From Alphaproteobacteria bacterium (GTDB taxonomy: Bacteria; Pseudomonadota; Alphaproteobacteria; SP197), in contig OZ245842.1 of NCBI GenBank assembly GCA_965228895.1, forward strand, positions 2,432,001-2,496,000: a stretch of 64,000 nt of DNA, read 5' to 3'. A model generated the notes under the pieces. That model made no database searches. It had not been told where the DNA came from and saw only the letters and a list, made by a program, of their open reading frames with translations. This document shows positions 58,807 to 64,000 of the stretch, in pieces (within the stretch, counting starts at the first letter, position 1; each line of letters begins with the position of its first letter). A program made the translations under genes and the position numbers.

Positions 58807-59817
58807 ATGGCCTTCGATCTTACGCGCCCTACAGCCAACGAGAGCGCGATCGTGTCTGTTAGACGCTATTGGACCATGGCTTCGACATACCGGCATAGGC
58901 GGGCCAACGTGCTGTTGACGGTTGCCGGACAGCGGTCGCACGTCACGATCACGCGGCGCAGCAGCATTTTGGACCGCTACTATCACTTCATCACCGACTT
59001 CGTCTGGCCGATCTACACATGGTCGGCCCGCCAAAGTCCGGACGGCACACCGAAACTCACCGAAGTCATCTCGTTGGGTCGACAGCCGCTGCGATTTGCC
59101 GGCCTGTTCCAGGAGATCTTTGACGTCCCCTTGCGCGCGGACTCACTGCGCTACCGTACCCTCCTGGCACCATTCCGGAAGGAAGCGATCAGAGTCGGCT
59201 GCTGCAACACACTTTGGCGCAGCTATCTGGAGAGCTTCGACGACCTTGAAACCGCGCGCCAGGACCTTTGGCGTTTCAACGGCTTCCTGGAGTCACGGTT
59301 TCCTGTCGCGCCGTCAACGCGCCCAACGGTCACGTTTATCGAGCGCGAGGCCCGCGAAGTCGATCGCGGCGCCACCCGTCGCACCATCATCAACCACAAG
59401 GCCATCGCCGATGCGGTCCAGGCCTATTGCATTACAAACGACCTCGATTTTCGTAGCACCAAGCTCGATGGCCTGTCGTTTGCCGATCAATTCCGGATTT
59501 TCCGGACCAGCGGTGTCGTCATCGGCCAGCACGGCGGCGGGTTGACCAACGCGCTCTGGCTGAAACCAGGTGCGGCGTCACTGATCGAACTGGACCACGA
59601 GGACACGCGCGATCACTTTTCGAACCTGTGCCACGATTTCGGGATCGACTACACCCGTGTTTGCTGTCCGCTCGCCGAGGCGTCGACGGCATTGCAAGAA
59701 CGCATCACCGTCGATCCAGCCGCGGTCATCGCACAGTTACAGCAAAAGCTGCAATTTGTCCTGGCGACACCGGCCGTCACCGACGATCGAAGGCTGGGCG
59801 ACCGGCCCGTCGCTTGA
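58807..59817 (+). CDS. Glycosyltransferase family 61 (DUF563)-like protein
   Basis: YYHFITD, R...RRTIIN, LSFADQFRIF, IGQHGGGLTNALWL. Confidence 0.8.
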   Translation: MAFDLTRPTANESAIVSVRRYWTMASTYRHRRANVLLTVAGQRSHVTITRRSSILDRYYHFITDFVWPIYTWSARQSPDGTPKLTEVISLGRQPLRFAGLFQEIFDVPLRADSLRYRTLLAPFRKEAIRVGCCNTLWRSYLESFDDLETARQDLWRFNGFLESRFPVAPSTRPTVTFIEREAREVDRGATRRTIINHKAIADAVQAYCITNDLDFRSTKLDGLSFADQFRIFRTSGVVIGQHGGGLTNALWLKPGAASLIELDHEDTRDHFSNLCHDFGIDYTRVCCPLAEASTALQERITVDPAAVIAQLQQKLQFVLATPAVTDDRRLGDRPVA

Positions 59818-59832
59818 GCCAGACCGCCGGAT

Positions 59833-59909
<77 letters not shown>

Positions 59910-59968
59910 ATCTCAGGGTCTTGTGGGCGTGAGGCCCGCTGACGTCAACGGAAAATCGCTGTTTGTCT

Positions 59969-60457
59969 CTATGGCGCGTTGCCGAACGCGCTGTGTTCGA
60001 TCACCGTGTCGCCGTTGATACCAAGACGGTCGGTGGTCCCGGCAACGACTTCCAGGACCGCCTGGGCCGGCACGCCAGAGGGGATAAGAGCCTCGGATTC
60101 AGGTTCCGCCGCTTCGGCGATGGAGAGGACCCGGCCGTCGCCGTCCAGGAACAGGATATCGAGCGAGACATAGGTATCCTTCATCCAGAACGCACGCTCT
60201 CGGGCGCGATCGAACAGGAAAAGCATGCCGGCATCGTCCGCAAGGGACTGACGATGCATGAGACCCTGACGCCGCTGCTCGGGCGTGACGGCCAATTCGA
60301 CGTCGAAAAGGTGGCGTTTGCCGTCCGCCGTCGCTATCACAACCTGATCGGTCGGAAACACCACGTCACCGCCGGCCACGGCATCACCGAGGCCAGTCGG
60401 CAACCAGAGCGCGATCAAGAGGACAAGTCCCGTGGCGGAGCCCACACCGAGCAGCAA
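59969..60457 (-). CDS. DUF192 family protein
   Basis: [29 protein letters not shown]...LDILF, VLEV; TTG 60457 has a GAGGA RBS (alternative ATG 60490). Confidence 0.9.
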   Translation of the reverse strand: MLLGVGSATGLVLLIALWLPTGLGDAVAGGDVVFPTDQVVIATADGKRHLFDVELAVTPEQRRQGLMHRQSLADDAGMLFLFDRARERAFWMKDTYVSLDILFLDGDGRVLSIAEAAEPESEALIPSGVPAQAVLEVVAGTTDRLGINGDTVIEHSAFGNAP

Positions 60458-60458
60458 G

Positions 60459-61328
60459 ATGTTCCTCAATCCCGCCTTTCTCGTAGGCATTCTTGGCGCA
60501 TGCCTGGTCATTGTTGCGAGCTTTCTGCCGTTGGTCGAACGCGCCGGAGCGCCGCCGCTCCTGCTTTTTACGGGAGCGATCGATCCCGGTCTAGCGGTGA
60601 TCGTGCTAGCCGCCCTGTCGGTCGTGCTTTGCCTGGTCCAACGCTATGGCTGGCTGTTGATCACCGGACCGCTTGCCGCCGTCGCGGCGTTGATGGCGGC
60701 CGGCGAGCAACTCCAGGCCCTGGCCGGCCCCGATGTCGGCCTCGTAGACTTGTTCGACGTCTATAACGGCATCCTGCCGGCTGGCATGACCACCAACCGC
60801 ATGGTCGAGATTAGCGCCCTGCTGGATGGTATGGCGGTGGGTATCGGCGCCTGGCTCTTGATAACCGGCCTCATCTTGACCGCACTCGCGCCCGCCTTGC
60901 GCCGTGTCTCCGTCAGCCGGCGCCCGACGGAGGCCCCGGTAGAGGGTTTCACCACCGCGCCGCGCAGCCGCGCGATCGAAGACGCCGCCACCGTTAGGGC
61001 CGACATCATGGAGGACGACATAGAAGACATGCTGATCGACGATCTGCACATCTTTGCCGACAACATGAACCAGGAACTGAGCTTCGACCATCGCGACCCC
61101 GACGGCCACGAGGCGTCCCACAAGGTCATCCTCATCGCCGCCGGCTATCGCGAGCAGACCTATTTCCTACGCTGTAGCGACGTCGAAACCGGTCACATGC
61201 GCGATTTCGCCGCCGACCAATTGAGCGGTGTCGTCGATCGGTCGAGCGGCGAGTCCATCGCCACCGAGGAGTTGCTCGATGACCTCGCCCGTGTCGCCCA
61301 CGAGGCCTATGAGGCGTCCAACCGCTAG
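60459..61328 (+). CDS. Membrane protein with C-terminal degenerate WYL-like domain
   Basis: Four hydrophobic segments, then LSFDHRDPDG...YFLRC...RDFAADQLSGVVDRSSGE. Confidence 0.6.
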   Translation: MFLNPAFLVGILGACLVIVASFLPLVERAGAPPLLLFTGAIDPGLAVIVLAALSVVLCLVQRYGWLLITGPLAAVAALMAAGEQLQALAGPDVGLVDLFDVYNGILPAGMTTNRMVEISALLDGMAVGIGAWLLITGLILTALAPALRRVSVSRRPTEAPVEGFTTAPRSRAIEDAATVRADIMEDDIEDMLIDDLHIFADNMNQELSFDHRDPDGHEASHKVILIAAGYREQTYFLRCSDVETGHMRDFAADQLSGVVDRSSGESIATEELLDDLARVAHEAYEASNR

Positions 61329-61373
61329 AGGCGCATGGAGGGTCCGTTCACGCGCAACTGACGGCGCACGCGC

Positions 61374-61402
61374 TTGGCCTTGACCGGCCTCTCGGGCATA
61401 AT
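61374..61402 (+). promoter_or_regulatory. Putative sigma70 promoter of the mnh operon
   Basis: TTGGCC-N17-CATAAT. Confidence 0.45.
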
Positions 61403-61415
61403 CCAGCCGGCGCGC

Positions 61416-61479
61416 TAGAGCGGATTCACGTGGTTAGGTAGAACCGTCAACCGGTTCCACCCAATCACGACCCGCTCTA
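61416..61479. repeat. Second copy of the palindromic repeat
   Basis: TAGAGCGGATTCACGTG...CCGCTCTA; 7 differences over 63 nt versus 57421-57483. Confidence 0.85.
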
Positions 61480-61557
61480 AGCGTGTTTCGGGGCGCGATG
61501 TCGGACGGGGTTGGCCGGCATCGCATTGAATAGCAGGGAAGAGTTACGGGAGGTCTG

Positions 61558-62040
61558 ATGTTTTCGGCACGCTCGGTGAGCCTGTTCGCCGTGCTCTATG
61601 GCGTTTGGCTTTTGCTCTCAGGCATTTGGGAGCCTTTCTTTCTGATCTCCGGCGCGGTCGCCAGCCTCTTGGTCGTGATTGTCGCGCACCGCATGGATGT
61701 GATCGATGGCGAAGGTCATCCGATCCAGCTGTCGTGGCGCGCCTTGACCTACTTTCCGTGGCTGTTCTGGCAAATCATCAAGTCGAACATCGATGTCGCT
61801 CGGCGCATTGCCTCGCCGCGCCTGGCCATTGAGCCCGCTGACGGCTGGGTCGACGCCAGCCAGAATACGACGGCCGGCTTGGTGACGTTCGCCAACTCGA
61901 TCACCCTGACACCGGGCACCGTCTCGATGACCGTTCACGAGGATCGTATTCATGTCCACGCCCTGTCGAAGGCAGGTTTCGATGATCTCGAGGCGGGCGA
62001 GATGGACCGGCGCGTCACGCAGATGGAAGGCCGCCGCTGA
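61558..62040 (+). CDS. mnhE: Na+/H+ antiporter subunit E
   Basis: WLLLSG, SNIDVA, ANSITLTPGT, VHAL. Confidence 0.92.
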   Translation: MFSARSVSLFAVLYGVWLLLSGIWEPFFLISGAVASLLVVIVAHRMDVIDGEGHPIQLSWRALTYFPWLFWQIIKSNIDVARRIASPRLAIEPADGWVDASQNTTAGLVTFANSITLTPGTVSMTVHEDRIHVHALSKAGFDDLEAGEMDRRVTQMEGRR

Positions 62041-62303
62041 TGGTTGCCCTGGCCATGTTCCTCGTCGTCGTCGCCATGGCGTTGACGCTGATCCGCACGC
62101 TCAAAGGTCCAACGCTCTATGACCGCATTCTGGCGGTCAATGTCCACGGTACGATGACGGTCATGCTGATTGCGTTGGCAGGATTTCTGGTCGACCGGCC
62201 CGACTTCCTGGATCTTTCGCTCGTCTACGCGCTGCTGAACTTTGTCGGCACGCTCGCCGCCTTGAAGTTCTTCAAACATGGCCACCTGGGCGAGGAACGA
62301 TGA
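62040..62303 (+). CDS. mnhF: Na+/H+ antiporter subunit F
   Basis: KGPTLYDRILA, LD..LVYALLNFVGT. Confidence 0.92.
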   Translation: MVALAMFLVVVAMALTLIRTLKGPTLYDRILAVNVHGTMTVMLIALAGFLVDRPDFLDLSLVYALLNFVGTLAALKFFKHGHLGEER

Positions 62304-62653
62304 GCTTCGTGATCGATATCGCAAGCGGTGCGCTGTTAGCGATCGGCGGCATTCTGATGCTGATCGGCGGGCTCGGCATGGTGCGTCTGCCGAACTTCTT
62401 CACCCGCCTTCATGCCGCCGGCCTGACCGATACCGGCGGCGCAGCGACGCTGCTGCTGGGACTGGCGCTGCAAGCCGGATTTACCATGGTCACGGTAAAA
62501 CTGCTGCTGATCGGCATTTTCCTGTTCTTTACCGCGCCGACATCAAGCCACGCCGTTGCCCACGCAGCGCTTCTTGGCGGTCTGGAGCCCGGCAAGGGCG
62601 ACGCGCCTGACGAGCCGCCCGAGCCCAATTCCCAGCAAGCCGACGAGGCCTGA
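62300..62653 (+). CDS. mnhG: Na+/H+ antiporter subunit G
   Basis: RLPNFFTRLHAA...DT, TAPTSSHA. Confidence 0.92.
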   Translation: MSFVIDIASGALLAIGGILMLIGGLGMVRLPNFFTRLHAAGLTDTGGAATLLLGLALQAGFTMVTVKLLLIGIFLFFTAPTSSHAVAHAALLGGLEPGKGDAPDEPPEPNSQQADEA

Positions 62654-62657
62654 GCCG

Positions 62658-63197
62658 ATGGAAGTGCTGCACGAACTGCTGCTTCTCACGCTGTTGATCG
62701 CGTTGGCGGTTGGCATGCTGCGCCTGACCAATCTCTTGGCCATCGCCATCATGACCGGTGTCTATAGCCTGATCCTGGCTGTCGTTTACGTGCTTATGGA
62801 TGCCGTCGATGTTGCGTTCACCGAGGCCGCCGTCGGCGCAGGCGTGACGCTCGCGCTGATGCTGGCGGCGATCTCCATGACGACGCGTGTGGAAAAGCCG
62901 CGTACCGGCCGAGGTCCTGCGCCCGTGCCGCTTCTGGCTGCGATCATTACCGGCATGGCGCTTGTCTATGCCTTGTCGGGCATGCCGGGATTCGGCGATC
63001 CCATGGCCCCCATCCATACCCATGTCGCGCCGCGCTACATCGAGGTATCACCGTACGAAATCGGTATCCCCAACATGGTGACATCCGTGCTGGCGAGCTA
63101 TCGAGGCTTTGACACGCTCGGCGAGGTAACCGTCATCTTCACCGCGGGCGTCAGCGTTGTCGCCCTGCTGTGGCGCTGGAACAGAGACGACCGATGA
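62658..63197 (+). CDS. Mnh subunit B-related protein (DUF4040 plus MnhB N-terminal part)
   Basis: DAVDVAFTEAAVGAG; NMVTSVLASYRGFDTLGE. Confidence 0.88.
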   Translation: MEVLHELLLLTLLIALAVGMLRLTNLLAIAIMTGVYSLILAVVYVLMDAVDVAFTEAAVGAGVTLALMLAAISMTTRVEKPRTGRGPAPVPLLAAIITGMALVYALSGMPGFGDPMAPIHTHVAPRYIEVSPYEIGIPNMVTSVLASYRGFDTLGEVTVIFTAGVSVVALLWRWNRDDR

Positions 63198-63616
63198 GAG
63201 AGCATCTGATCGTCCGCGTCATTGTCAAGATGCTGGTGCCGTTCGTCCTGTTGTTCGGCATCTATGTGCAGATGCACGGCGACTTCGGTCCGGGCGGCGG
63301 ATTCCAGGCCGGCGTCATTGTCGCAACAGGGTTCATCACCTACGCGCTGGTATTCGGCGTAACCAGCACAATCCGCGCGCTGCCCCTGGCGTTCTTGACC
63401 TTTATGATCTCGCTCGGCGTCATTCTTTATGCCGGGGTCGGCTTCGCGACGATGTTCTACGGCGGCGAGTTCCTGAACTACAGCGCCTTTGACCCCGGCC
63501 ATCCCCAACAGGGCCAGCACCTGGGCATCATCCTGATCGAGCTGGGCGTCGGCATCACCGTTGCCTCGGTCATGGTGTCGATCTTCATCACCTTTGCTGA
63601 ACGGTGGCATCGCTGA
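63194..63616 (+). CDS. mnhB: Na+/H+ antiporter subunit B
   Basis: HGDFGPGGGFQAG, ELGVGITV. Confidence 0.9.
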   Translation: MREHLIVRVIVKMLVPFVLLFGIYVQMHGDFGPGGGFQAGVIVATGFITYALVFGVTSTIRALPLAFLTFMISLGVILYAGVGFATMFYGGEFLNYSAFDPGHPQQGQHLGIILIELGVGITVASVMVSIFITFAERWHR

Positions 63617-63978
63617 TGGAAACCGTGATGTTCCTTATCGAGCATGCCAACTACTGGGCGGCCGTGATCTTGCTCATGATCGGTCTCTACATCCTGACCA
63701 CGCGCGGCAACCTGATCAAAAAGGTTGTCGGCCTGAACATTTTCCAAAGTGCCGTCTTCCTGCTCTATATCTCGATGGGCTATGTCGATGGCGGTTCGGC
63801 CCCGATCGTCAAGCCGGGGATCGAGGTCTACTCCAATCCCCTGCCCCACGTCTTGATCCTGACCGCCATTGTCGTCGGCGTGGCGACATCATCCCTGGCG
63901 CTCGCCCTCATTGTCAGAATTCGAGAGGCCTACGGCACTATCGAAGAAGACGAAATCATCGAGCTCGACCAACCCTGA
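63604..63978 (+). CDS. mnhC: Na+/H+ antiporter subunit C
   Basis: NLIKKVVGL, NPLPHVLILTAIVVG, YGTIEEDEI; start may be 63616. Confidence 0.92.
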   Translation: MASLMETVMFLIEHANYWAAVILLMIGLYILTTRGNLIKKVVGLNIFQSAVFLLYISMGYVDGGSAPIVKPGIEVYSNPLPHVLILTAIVVGVATSSLALALIVRIREAYGTIEEDEIIELDQP

Positions 63979-64000
63979 TGTCATTCGTGATCGCCAACCT
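63978..64000 (+). CDS. Start of the next operon gene (probably MnhD), truncated by the window edge
   Basis: TGATG overlap with the mnhC stop; identity inferred only from the usual gene order. Confidence 0.45.

Overview
A GC-rich alphaproteobacterial chromosomal window, Rhodospirillales-like by gene content (inference). It is mostly metabolic and housekeeping genes: a peptide ABC transporter, quaternary-amine/carnitine-type catabolic genes, a sulfur neighbourhood (TauD, ECF sigma/anti-sigma with SorT-type sulfite dehydrogenase and cytochrome c, rhodanese, thiol dioxygenase, cysK-alaX-sseA-metC, modBC), sixA-ppk1-ppx and the start of an Mrp/Mnh antiporter operon. There are three tRNA genes (Asn-GTT, Arg-TCT, Pro-TGG), each with apparently acquired cargo at its 3' end. 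The clearest accessory element is an AT-rich 3.2 kb islet encoding a Hachiman (HamA-HamB) anti-phage system. It has no integrase and is bracketed by the intact tRNA-Arg and a nearly full-length degenerate copy of it. The least explained region is a second islet (48.2-50.6 kb) with a large helical lipoprotein, a probably exported stand-alone protein matching the conserved core of plant IQM proteins (HSSFL...SGHY), and a small orphan. Other oddities: an MFS transporter collapsed by an in-frame internal deletion, a membrane protein with a degenerate WYL-like domain, a GNAT gene in frame with sseA whose conserved N-terminus precedes its first ATG, and a family of TAGAGC...GCTCTA palindromic repeats. 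No CRISPR array, rRNA, transposase or integrase was seen. All family calls come from motif recognition, not database searches.
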